From Bilabrum cf. latius (Eukaryota): a stretch of 64,000 nucleotides of DNA. The stretch spans positions 248,001 to 312,000 of the forward strand of contig OZ237762.1 in the NCBI GenBank assembly GCA_965178125.1. The letters run 5' to 3'. A model generated the notes under the pieces. It had not been told where the DNA came from, ran no database searches, and saw nothing but the letters and a program-made list of their open reading frames with translations. Position 1 is the stretch's first letter; every line of letters begins with the position of its first letter. Both the position numbers and the translations under genes were made by a program. Positions 39,301 through 50,683 of the stretch are shown piece after piece.

Positions 39301-39354
39301 TCCAACCATTACGTCGTCGCCGCCTGGATCACCCGACCCCGCGGGGGTAGCCAT
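27387..39354 (-). CDS. DLEC1: DLEC1/CFAP81-like ciliary central-apparatus protein with ASH/Ig-like domains (~3,950 aa)
   Basis: Exon 1 39354-39094, intron 39093-39000, exon 2 38999-27387 in one frame with 15 TAG and no TAA/TGA until the final TGA. DLEC1-like segments: YLRNPR, RSLRVIPPSSEYF, IAPGM..VHF.P, RPPPVL, NGVAF..P...L.PF...DMPG.YEDEL. Confidence 0.78.
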
Positions 39355-39503
39355 CTAATGCTACTGTACTGGCTATTTTCTAGGTGAGAAATGGCACTTG
39401 GTTGTGCAGAAATCGCCGGTCGATGATCTCCTTTCCGTTGGCAGAGTGGTAGCGTGCAGTTTGCAGCATTGCTCGCCTTGCTCGCCACTTCTTCGTCCGC
39501 AGC

Positions 39504-42479
39504 ATGAAGCGGTACAAAATTTTGAAGCGGCTGGGTGATGGAGCCTACGGAACTGTATATAAGTGTGTGTCCAGGCAGACTGGCGAGGAAGTGAGATCGA
39601 TCGTGCGTTCTGGCAGGGCATCCGAGTTTTGCGCTTCTGGCAGTATTGCTCGTGAATCCACGCATGACGTGCCGCCTCATGGGTCTCGCAGGTTGCTGTG
39701 AAGAAAATGAAAAAGAAATTTTCAACCTGGGAAGAGTGCATGCAGCTTCGAGAGATAAAGGTACGCTATGGATTATGCAGTTTGCAGTTGCTGCACTTGC
39801 ACTTGCTCCGTCGACCCAGAGACGGTTGCTCTGTGGCACTTTCCCATTTAATTACCCATTACTGATACTCGTTCAATTTGATGCATTATTTACTCTGCAT
39901 GCTCTGCCCATGTGCCTTGCTCGCAGAGCCTCAAAAAGCTCAACCATGCGAATATTGTCAAGCTCAAGGAGGTCATTAGAGAGAAGGAGGAACTGTGGTT
40001 CGTGTTTGAGCTTATGTCTGGGAACGTCTACGACCACATGAAAGATAGAAAGAAGCCATTCACGGAGGCGCAGGTGCGATCGATCATGTACTAGATCTTG
40101 CAAGGCCTCGCTCATACGCATCGCCACGGCTTTATGCACCGCGACATCAAGCCTGAAAACGTGCTCACCAAGGGGGACAATGTCAAGCTTGCCGACTACG
40201 GCCTAGCCCGAGAGATCCGCTCCCGCCCGCCCTACACGGAATACGTTTCCACGCGCTGGTACAGAGCGCCGGAGATTCTGCTGCGGTCCACCGTGTACAA
40301 TAGCCCCATCGACCTGTTCGCGTGCGGTTGCATCATGGGAGAGCTGTTCACGCTGAGGCCATTGTTCCCTGGAGCAAGCGAGCCGGATCAGCTGTACAAA
40401 CTCTGCGCAGTGCTGGGGTCGCCCTCTCCTGAGGAGTGGGCGGACGGGCACCGCCTGGCAGCTCGCCTCAACTTCAAGTTCCCCGCCTTCGCGAGGCCTC
40501 CCCTGTCCACAGTGGTCCCGGGAGCCTCCCCTGCGGCCCTGGATCTCATGGAGCAGATGCTGAGGTATGACCCTAACAGGCGACCCACCGCGCAGCAGGC
40601 CCTGGCCCACCCCTTCTTCACCCAGAGCGCTGTGCAGCTGCCCGGCACGTTCATGTCTCCGGTGCCACAGGGAGGCCATGCGGGTGCAGCGGGGTTTTAG
40701 GCAGGTTAGGGCGCTAGTCAAGGCATGGTGAGCGGTGCGGGAGTGGCGGGGGGGACGGGCGAGGGGTCTTCGTCAGGTGCAGGCATGGGGGCCCAGCCAG
40801 GCACCGGTGGGACGGGGGCGCTGGCAGGGGGGATGGGCATGGGCATGGGGATGGGGATGGGGATGGGGATGGGGATGGGGATGGGACTTGGTGGAAGTGG
40901 ATAGCAGCCGATGAGCATGGATGCCGGTGTCGTGGTACCGAGTTGGATGGGCTCGGGGCAAGGACAAGGACAATCGCAGTCGCAGTCGCAGTCGCAGTCG
41001 CAGTCGCAGTCGCAGTCGCAGCAAAGCAGTTCGGATAGAAACAGCAGTGAGGTTGGGACTGGGGTTGGGAGCGGTGGGCGCGGGGGCAGTGGCCCCAAGA
41101 TGCGAGCTGCGGATCTGTTTGGGGACATCTCTGGGCTGGGTGACCTGAGTGACCTGAACGACCTGCTGGGGGATACTGGCGGGAGCAAGGCCGCTGGCTC
41201 GGGCGGGCGAACCGGGACTGGAAGCGGCAGCGGAATCGGAAGTGGGTCGGGCGGTGGTGATCGGGGCTAGAGCAAGGGATACGCTGCCCGATCTTCCAGC
41301 CAGATGCCCCAGGCGTACGGCATTGGGATGCATGGCAGTTCGCAGAGCTCTGGAATTGGGCAGCTCCATTCGCAGCACGAGAGCAAGCACCGGGCATTGG
41401 CAGCATTTCACGATCATGACCAAGGAGGCGGTGGGCATGCCGCTGAAATGGGCATGAACGGAGGCACAGACCACGGCGGTGGCGGCAGCGGGCTGCCGAG
41501 CCTTCCGTCGCAAGGGGTCAGCTATGGCATGCCTGGCTATGGTGCAGGAGCAAGTCAGGGCAGCTCTGCCGGCATGGGCATGGGCATGGGTGGCATGCCT
41601 TCGTCTATGATGACGAGTGCACCCGCACCGCTGGGTGGAGGTTATGCTGGACGTTTTGCAGGAGCATCGGCTGCGGTGGCCGCGGCCCGCACAGGCGAAG
41701 GCGGTGGGCGACTTGGGGCCGGTGGGATGGGTGGCCCGAGCACCAGCAGTCCCTATGGGCACCATGGGGGAGGCAGCAGCAGCAGCGGCAGCGGCAGTCA
41801 CGGGCACGGGCATGGATATGGATCATATGGTTCGAGCAGCTCACCAAGAGTTCCTTCCGGATCTGGCATGGGCGGTATCGGGGGGCCTGGGGCAGAGGTC
41901 GGCCACCGGAGCAGGCCGTCTGCGCTGGGCAGCGGTAGTAGAGGGATGGGGGGAGGCTCGCTGGGCAGCTCGGGTATGCCCGGGTCGGACTTGCTCCCGA
42001 TGAGGAAGAAGAGCCCGCTGGACGCGCTGGGGGTGGAGCTGGGCAGCGTTGGACAGCATCAGAGCCGCAAGCCGAACAGGCACGATAGGGCGAGGCAGGG
42101 GCAGAGGCCGGGGAGGTTGTCATCCCCTGCGTCCTTGTACGGTCTCTCCGGGATCAAGTAGCCGAAGGGGCACGGGCCAGTGCGCGCGGGGCCTGGCGTG
42201 CTGGGTGGGCTGGGCGGGATGGCGGGAGTCACTGGTGCAAGGGCGGGTGGCAGGGCCCTGCAGCCCATTGGTGGCGATGGGATAGGAATGGGGCAGCACC
42301 GGTCACCCGTGAGTAGCTTCGGTACGGACCCAGGTAGCATGGGCATGGGGAAGGGAATGGCAATGGGCATGGGAAGTGGGGCCGTGAGCCACGGCAGGAG
42401 GGCGGGGCACTCGGGTGCTTTGAGCCCACTAGCAGATGCCAGCAAGTACAGGTACGGGAAGCAAGCTGGGGGGACATGA
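39504..42479 (+). CDS. MAK: MAK/ICK (RCK-family) Ser/Thr kinase with long low-complexity tail
   Basis: [33 protein letters not shown] and [24 protein letters not shown]. Introns 39591-39691 and 39761-39926. TAG at 40092, 40698, 40707, 40902, 41268 and 42159; TGA at 42477. Confidence 0.93.
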
Positions 42480-42580
42480 GTGGTGCCCAGAACCTGACGG
42501 AATCTGGTTGCCGGGCCAGACGCGTAATACTTTTGAATCACACGTTCACTGTCAGCATGGGACCAAACAAATCAAAATCT

Positions 42581-45172
42581 TCATGCGCCTCTCACGAAAT
42601 TCACGGCAGGGTCCGTCAGCTCAACGGACAGTTCGTTCACCACCGCTGGGGCACTCACATTCAGCCAGCCCGCGTCACCTCTAGCCCCTTTGCACATGCT
42701 CCTGGCCTACTCCACGAGGCCCTTGACCATCTCTACACGGTGGTACCTGTCGTACACAGGTGCAACCACTAAAGCGCGGCGGTCAGGCACCACGGGATAC
42801 TGCCCGTCTCCAGGCCCGCATCCAAGCAGCGCCAGGCCGTCATCCCAGTCCGCTGGCAGCTCAGACACGTCGTGCGGCTTGCCTTCGCCGGCTCCTCCAA
42901 AGTACCCCAGCCGGGGCACAAGGCCGTGCCAATCGTACCACCTCTGATTCCCACCAGTCACTGCGTTGGCACCCCCAGCACGCATGGGTTCGATCGATGC
43001 GATCGCGGCCACACCGCGGACCCGCCCGTCCAGAGCACCAGCCACCAGCCCGGCCATCCCGCCCGCAGAATACCCCACAATGTAGATCCGCTCCGGATCC
43101 ACGGCTGGGAAGTCGGGCAGCCGATCCACCCTTCCCGCAGGTCGGAACGCCCCATCGCTCGTGTTGGCGACCAGCAGGTCCACGGCCGATCGTGCGTCCC
43201 AGGCCATGCGGCCCAGTCTAGACCACGAGGCGTACCTATCGTAGAAGTCGCGCCCCTCGTGCTGCCTCATGCTGAAGCCCAGCTGGTCGTACGTCACCAC
43301 CACGGCACCCGCCTGCTCCGCCAGCGACTCGATGATGCTCGTGGGCTGGTGGGGGTAGCCCTCCACGAACCCGCGCTGGTATGACAGAGGGTGCAGGAAC
43401 ACCACACCGGGCCTGCCCTTGCCCGCCGCATCCAGCCGCATGCCCTCTTCGCCACCAATGTCGTAGTACATGTCCCCTTTGACGTATGCCCCAATGTTCA
43501 CGTTGGTCCTCTGCAAGGAGGACTGCGGCTCGACAGGCGCAGCACTGGACTGGCCTCTACCAGTGCGGTTCTGATTCTATGCAATAATGCCACGCAGTGG
43601 TGCAGACTCTGCACGACTCTAGCCACCGGCTTCACCGCGCACACTGCCGTCTCCTCCCAGCTCGGCCTGTTCCTGATCCAGCTTCAGTTCGTCGTGTCCT
43701 AGCATCACGTCGATGTAGGGAAACGAGTCATACACGCCCCCGGGACTCCACGGCGTTCCCGTGGCAGCGCCTGGCGCATTCCCCCACAGCCATTGGAATC
43801 GGTCAATTCGGGAAGATTGTTTGCCGGGTAGGGCAGGAGGGCCTTGTTGCCTCTCTGCCCAGCCCTCCCATGAGTACCCCCGGTGCAGCAGATTAGATGC
43901 TTCCGGCCAGCGAGCGTCGTACGTGTACCCGGGAAGTCCGAAAGGATGGTAGTCGAAGTGCCAATCGAACCAGTCCACGTACCTGTGCGGTGTCTCCCAC
44001 CCGTGATGGGCTCCAGGCCGGTGGTCCAGCCTGAGGTTGCCTCGCCCGCCGGCGCCTGACCCGCCCACGAAGTCGTAAACGTCCAGCCCTGACAGATAGG
44101 TCGTTTCAATACCGAAGGAGGGGTCGCCGTTGTCGGTCCACGCGTTGGCATGCAGCACCGGGCGGGGGGCAATGAGTGCCAGCAGTCCGTGGGCATCGAT
44201 GGGGTTGGTGTCTTCGAAGCCAGCCATGCCCTTCAGTGAAGGAAGCCACCAGGGGCCGGGCCAGAAGGAGCTGGGAGTCTCGCTGAACGTGTTCCCTGAG
44301 CTGAACCGGTAGGAGTTAAACCCTGGCACGCCCGAGCTCGAGTCTGCCACTGCCGCGATCCTCTCGTCCCATGCAGCGGCGATCAGGGACTGCTTGCCGT
44401 TGCGGCTGTGCCCCGTGATCCCGATCCGGCTCGTGTTCAGCCTGCGGGAGCCTGGAGCGTTCTGCCCCTGCCTGTCAAACTCGTAGAGCAGGTCCACCAC
44501 CCTCGCCGCCAGGTACGCCCTCCTGGCGATCAGCTGGAAGGTGGCCCCCGGGTCCACTCGCTTGAACCCCGCAGTGGGGTCACCCTCCTCGCAGTGGGGG
44601 CCGTCTGCGCAGTTGTTGTCCGAGCCTGGGTACGTGATGGCGAGGTAGCCCCTCGCCGCCGCGATGATGCTCCAGCGCCGGTGGTTCGTCTGTGTCATGA
44701 ACACGGGGCACGGGGGTGAGCTCTGGCTGTCGGGGGCGCCGCACACCGCTGCTGGTGGCCACATCGCCTCGACCTCTAGAGTGGTCGGCTCCCCGGGCGT
44801 GGAGAAAGTCACGGAATACCACTCATCCGTGAAACCACGCGTCACAGTGGAATTCAGCACGCTCCACCGCGCGATCGCGGGCGGCGGGACAGACGGGAAG
44901 CTGCCGTAGTAGCTCTGCTCGAGCAAGTGCCTGATCTCGTCCTTGCGATCGACCCATACGTCGCTAGTGGGTCCGTATGAACGCACATCAGTTCCGTTCA
45001 GGGATGTGAGCAAGTCCGGGAGTGGAGTGGTAGAGAAATTGCGGGGCAAACGTGCCGCGATCTTCGGTGGCAAACGGCTACGCAAACCATCTTGCCACTG
45101 AAATCGCGTGTTGTCTGCATACACTAGTACTCCAATGCCTAACCAACACGTAACTATGCTTAAGACGCCCAT
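42581..45172 (-). CDS. Secreted tandem alpha/beta-hydrolase: CE15 (glucuronoyl esterase)-like domain plus a second hydrolase domain
   Basis: Signal peptide, RIGITGHSRNGK..L.AAAWDERI, DAHGLLALIAPRP and a second nucleophile elbow IYIVGYSAGG. TAG at 42707, plus 43619 and 43577 unless about 43642-43511 is an in-frame intron. TGA at 42581. Confidence 0.8.
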
Positions 45173-45303
45173 GATGGCGACCTAATACCAGTAAAGTGTG
45201 CTCAGTTGCAGTTGGGGCTTAAGTATTCGTTACAGTATCCATAATTCCGATTTAATCTCGAGAACGCACAAATTCGTGCAAACTCTCGTCTAAACGATTC
45301 AAT

Positions 45304-48300
45304 ATGAAGAACAAACTCGGTCTGACTGATACAATTGCCATGGTCCGTGATCTACAGCGCTTTGCTGGTATGAAGGTGATCAATGTCTATAACCTGAACC
45401 GCAAGATTTACCTGATCAGACTGCAGAACAAAAGTATGGGCAAGCGCGTGCTTTTGATCGAAAGCGGAACTAGGATGCATACCACGCGATACAGCAGAAC
45501 CAAGCCACCTATGCCTAGCACCTTTGCGATGAAGCTGAGAAAACACATTCGTGGGAAGCATCTGAACAGCGTGACTTAGCTTGGCCTCGACCGGGTGGTG
45601 GTGCTGCGATTCGGGCTGGGAGAAGGAGCATTCAATGTCATTGTGGAGCTATATGGGTAGGGGAACATCGTCCTGACCGACAATTCGTACACGGTGCTGT
45701 CGCTGCTCCGAGTGGTGGACGCGACAACCACGGAAGGGAAAGAGGGGGAAGCGGCCAAGGCACCGGCCCGCGGGAAGCGGGGTGGCGCCAAGACCAGCAA
45801 AGCAGCTGCAGGGAGCGGCGCGTCTGAATCTGCGGCATCCGCATCATCGGGAGAGGGGGAGCGCGTGTGGCGGGTGGGCGCTCCGTACCCCGTGGCGTTT
45901 GGCGCCAGGGACAGGGGAGGCCTCACTGACAGGATCGCGAGGAGCTTGCCCAGCGTGGCAGTGGTGGAGAACCTCGAGAAAAAAGAAGAGGGTGGTGATG
46001 GTGAGCCCGCTGTGGATGGAGCTGCTGCAGCTGCTGCTGGAGATGGAGATGACAAGGAGGCTATCGGGTCTGCAGCACACGATGCCGCTGGCGGTCCGAC
46101 CCCACCTGCCGGCATGGATCTTGCCGCGGAGACCGGCACGCTCGTCACATAGGTGAAAGAATTCCTGGCCGGGATGGCGGAGCGGCCCGCCCCCGGTCGC
46201 AAGCAGCGCGCTCGTCACACCCTTCGGTCCACGCTTGCGGCCCGGGGCAGCGGCCTGGAAATCTTCGGCACCGATCTTCTGGATCATGCCATCGTGGGCG
46301 CCGGGCTGGACCCCACCGAGCTCGTGTGCCAGGCACCTCTGCACGGCAAGAAGAGCAAGGGCAAGAAAGGCGGCAAGGTGGAGGCCAAGCCGGCAGGCCC
46401 AGAGGGCTACGGCGTTCCCAGTGAGGAGGTGCTGGCCCGCCTGGCCGAGGGCTTGAAGCGACTGCCGGGCATGCTTCGAGAGATTGGGCTTAGCGCATCT
46501 CCCACGGCGTACATTGTGGTCAAGCGAAGGGACGGTGCTGCCCTGGCCCATGGCCCGGTGGCTGTGGCGGAGGGTGCTGGTGCCCTGGATGGATTCGACG
46601 ACGATGAAGAGGAAGGTGAGCCAGAGGGTGAGGGGGAGGGGGCTAGCAAAGGCGATGGTGAGAGTGGTGTGAAGGGCGGTGGAGAAACAAGCAGCGAAGG
46701 AGAGGCCGCCGCGAAAGGATCCGCGGGTGGAAGCGACGCCGCTAATGCCAGCGCTGGTGCTGGGGCTTCCAGTGACGAGCCGGCCGGTGCCGACACCAGC
46801 GGCAGTAGCACGGGCAGCTCTGGCGAGTCCAAGAGCAAGCAGCCCAAGGATCCATTCGCCGAGTACGACTTTGTAGAGGTCAGTCCATCCCTGTTCAAGC
46901 AGCACGAAAGCAAGGCATACATCCCGGTCGCCAGCTTTGACCGGGCGTTGGACGAGTACTTCACGCGCGTAGATGCGGCGCGGGCAGACGCTGCCATTTC
47001 CGGTGCAAGGACGGCGGCCATGGCCCGTGTGGATCGCGCCAAGGCCGACAGCGAGAAGCGCGTGGGGGAGCTCCAGGCCGAACAGCAGCGCGCGGGCCAG
47101 TGGGGCTACCTGATCCAGAGCAACCTGCCGCAGGTCGACGCAACCATCAAGACCCTACGGTCTGCTCTGGACAGCGGCATGAACTGGGGCGATTTGGAGC
47201 GGCTGGTAGAAGCGGAGAGGGAGAAGGGCAACCCTGTGGCGAGGGCGATCGTGAGTATGGACCTGCCGAAGAGGAGGGTTACGGTCATGCTGCGCAACTG
47301 GGACGTCGAGGTGGAGGAGGACGGCGAGGACCAAGAAGAAGAAGAAGAAGATAGCGAGTCGGAGGATGAGGATGGCGAGGAAGAGGAGAAGAACGAGCAG
47401 GAGCAGGCATTCGAGCCCGTGGAGGTGTCCATCGACCTCACTGCGCCTGCAAACGCCTCAGAGTACTTTCAGCAGGGAAGGCTGGCGCGGGAGAAGGAGG
47501 AGAGGACCAGGGCAGCGGCCAGCGAGACTCTAAAGAGGCTCGAGAAACAGGCGGACAAGGACGCGGAAGCAGCCGTGCAGAAGGCCCACAGGCAGACGGG
47601 CGTCGTGCAGGCGTCCAGGAAGAAGGCATGGTGGGAGAAATTCGCGTGGTTCCTGTCTACAGACGGGCTCGTTGTGGTGGCCGGTAAGGACGCACACCAG
47701 AACGAGATGCTCGTGCGCCGCTACCTGCGGCCGCAGGACCTTTACGTGCACGCAGAGATCCACGGCGCTGCCACCGTGATCGTGCGGTCCCCCCTCTTCG
47801 AGCCCGAGCCGGGGGCTGGCATCCCGCCCTCTACCCTGCAGCAAGCGGGGGCTTTCTGCATCTGCAGGAGCGCGGCTTGGAAGGCCAACCGGCCCACGAG
47901 CGCCTGGTGGGTTTTCGCCTCGCAAGTCAGCAAGACCGCCCAGAGCGGGGAGTACCTGACGACCGGGTCCTTCATGATCAGGGGAAAGAAGAACTTCTTG
48001 CACCCGGCCAGGCTGGAGCTGGGCCTCGCCATCGCATTCAAGGTGGACGAGGAATCCGCGCTGAAGCGACTGGCCAGGAAGCCGCCGATGCGGGTGCAGC
48101 TGGGCGCTGTGGGTGCGAGGGAGGGCGCCCGGGACTCACTTACTGCGGCGAGCGCGGCCGCTCCCGGGTCGGAGGGCGAGGCTCGGGGAGCAGCCAAGAA
48201 GGGAGGCTAGGCAGGAGCAGCTTCTGCCGCGGACACGGGGGACGTCCCCGCAGCAGCAGGCTCTGCGGCCGAGGCCTCGTCCGGTGCGGGCAAAGCTGGC

Positions 48301-49320
48301 AGCAGCGGCGGCAGTGGCAGTGGTAGTGGTAGAGGCGACGGCACGCCGGCCTCACGGGGGACAGGCATGAGCACTGAGAGCGTGCTGGCGGGCCAGGCGC
48401 TCCCGCAGATCGGGGGCAGGAAGGTGAAGAAGGCGGAGGAGATCGAGCACGAGAAGGCCACCAAGGCCGCCATCCAGCGCAAGACGGAGAAGCTGGACCA
48501 GGCCCAAATCGAGAGGGCGAGGGCGGCTCGCGAGCGGAGGAAGAGGAAGAAGAGGGCAAAGTACGCCGACCAGGACGACGAGGATCGGCTGGTGGCGATG
48601 GAGGCCCTGGGCCATTCCACGGACGAGCTTCGTGCCAAGATCAAGGCTGAGGCTGGTGAGGACAGCAACAGCGACGGGGAGGAGCTGGGCGAGGGGGTGG
48701 GGCAGGGAACAGCGCCGATGCCAGAGGGTACCACGCACGTGGTGGGCACCAAGTTTGTGGTGTCCACGGCCGATCCCGGGGAGGAGGGGCCCGGGTTGGG
48801 GACGGGTGCTGCTTCGGGTGCTGGCGCCGGGGGTCTGCTTGATGCACCGCCTGCGGCTTCGAGGCACCAGACCTCTGGCGGCGCTGCCTTCGATGACGAG
48901 GACGAGGGTGATGTGTTCGTGCAGCAGTCGCATGGGTATACCGGCGAGGAGCTCAACATCGGCTCGCTGGTGATGGAGCCCAAGGAGGGCGAGGTGCTTC
49001 TGCACGCTGTGCCGGTGGCAGCCCCCTATGCCACGGTGGCTGACGCGAGGTACAGGGCAAAGCTGGTGCCGGGTGCCGGTAAGAAGGGCAAGACTGCCAA
49101 GTCGGTTGTGCAGCAGATGCTCGGCGGCAAGGTGCATTCTGGTAGGGAGAAGGATCTACTGCGGGGACTCAAGGACGAGGAGCTGGTGCAGGTGATGGTG
49201 GGAGACTGCAGGATCACCAGCATCAGCAACTCGACCAAGGCAGGGGGGAACAAGGGGGGCAAGGGAAAGGGCAAGGGCAAAGGCAAAGGAGGCAAGGGGG
49301 GCAAGAAGGGGGGCCGGTAA
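45304..49320 (+). CDS. NEMF: NEMF/Rqc2 ribosome quality-control subunit (NFACT domains)
   Basis: LLIESGTRMHTT, PSTFAMKLRKHIR, LGLDRVV, ELYG*GNIVLTD, WWEKFAWFLS, GKDAHQNE, YVHAEIHGA, QVSKTAQSGEYL.TGSFMIRGKKN and VPVAAPY. TAG at 45577, 45658, 46150 and 48208; TAA at 49318. Confidence 0.95.
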
Positions 49321-49645
49321 TCAGCCGGGGGGCAAGACCGGCAGCTCTGGAGCGTGCGGCAGCTCGCTGCTGGTGCGTAGCCTTGAAAAAGATAGGATAG
49401 GATAGCTGGTACATGCAACTGGATCGCCGTGCATCGTGTTCATCTGTTCAATGCGAATATGGCATGGGCACGCTCACTGCGGACACTTCCACCACCCCAT
49501 GGCACGGGTGACAGCGGGACTAGACCCTGATTATGCTAATTGCCAGTGGCAAATGCCTCTGCGAAAAGCCCAATCTGCACACCAAGCCCCTCGCTCGGTT
49601 ACACCCTCGGCGGGGATCGGATCAAGGGTCTGATCAAGGATCGGA

Positions 49646-50581
49646 TCAGGTGAACAGCAGCTCCCTCGCTTGCTCGAACAGTGACTTGGGAGGGGGCTCG
49701 GCCTCGTCCCCGACCGCGAGCAGCTCAACGTCGTACAGAAGCACTGCATTGCGGGGCACGCCCATCTTCTCCATTTTCTTGAAGCCGTAACCCAGGTGAG
49801 GCGGCACCCGCACCGTCCTCCTGTCACCGACCCGCATCCCCTGCAGCCCGAGCTCTAGCCCGATGACCATCTGCCGGGTCATCCAGAGCACGTGCAGCGC
49901 ACTGCCGCTCTCCGGGGAGTGATGGTCATCGACCACGGTGCCGTCCTCCAGCCGCCCCACGAGGTGCAGCTTCACGTAGTCGCCTGGGACTGGCTCGCCC
50001 GCCTTGGACTGGGCCTGCTCGGCGCTGCCAGCAGTCTGCTTGCGATCAGCGACAACCAGACCTTCATTACCTAGTGGTTGCCAGTCGGATGGCTCAAGCG
50101 GGCCGTAAATGGAGTGGGCGTCGCCTGGCAGCTCGGCTACTTCGCTGCTGTCGGGACGCTTCATCATGTCAAACCGCTCGCTGACAAATCGCTGCCTGGT
50201 CTCTGCCAGCGATTTATTTCCAGTCAATGCGTCTAACGACCCAGGGTCTGGCGGATCACCTGGCGATGGCCTTGGCATGCGATCTGATCCCTCCTCCTCA
50301 CCGCCCTCCTCCTCCAGCTCAGCGGCGCCAGCAGCCGCTGGCGACGAGCTTCCGGCAGCTCCAGCCGTGGATGTTGTGGTAGTAGCTGCACAAACAGCAG
50401 AAACAGAGTAACACGCTACAGGCGCTTGCTGAACTGGTGTCATTGCAATCCCAAGTGCAGCCTGCGTTAGCCGAGCCGTCTGCAACCTGCTCTGGCCTAC
50501 AACTCGCACAGAAGCCGAGTTAGTGGACGTCATTCTGTTCATTATAAGTCTGGCACACCTTGCTGCCGTTCTAGAAGCCAT
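49646..50581 (-). CDS. FKBP-type peptidyl-prolyl isomerase with putative mitochondrial presequence
   Basis: GDYVKLHLVGRLEDGTVVD, VIGLELGLQGMRVGDRRTVRVPPHLGYG and VPRNAVLLYDVELL. Ends in TGA; no internal TAG. Confidence 0.88.
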   Translation of the reverse strand: MASRTAARCARLIMNRMTSTNSASVRVVGQSRLQTARLTQAALGIAMTPVQQAPVACYSVSAVCAATTTTSTAGAAGSSSPAAAGAAELEEEGGEEEGSDRMPRPSPGDPPDPGSLDALTGNKSLAETRQRFVSERFDMMKRPDSSEVAELPGDAHSIYGPLEPSDWQPLGNEGLVVADRKQTAGSAEQAQSKAGEPVPGDYVKLHLVGRLEDGTVVDDHHSPESGSALHVLWMTRQMVIGLELGLQGMRVGDRRTVRVPPHLGYGFKKMEKMGVPRNAVLLYDVELLAVGDEAEPPPKSLFEQARELLFT

Positions 50582-50683
50582 TTTGTTGATTCAGTTTCGG
50601 GTAATGTGCCGACTGCGTCGAAGGGACAAGATATTCCGAGTTGCACGTGGCCAGCTGCAAAGCATGGCCCACTCTCGCGAGAA

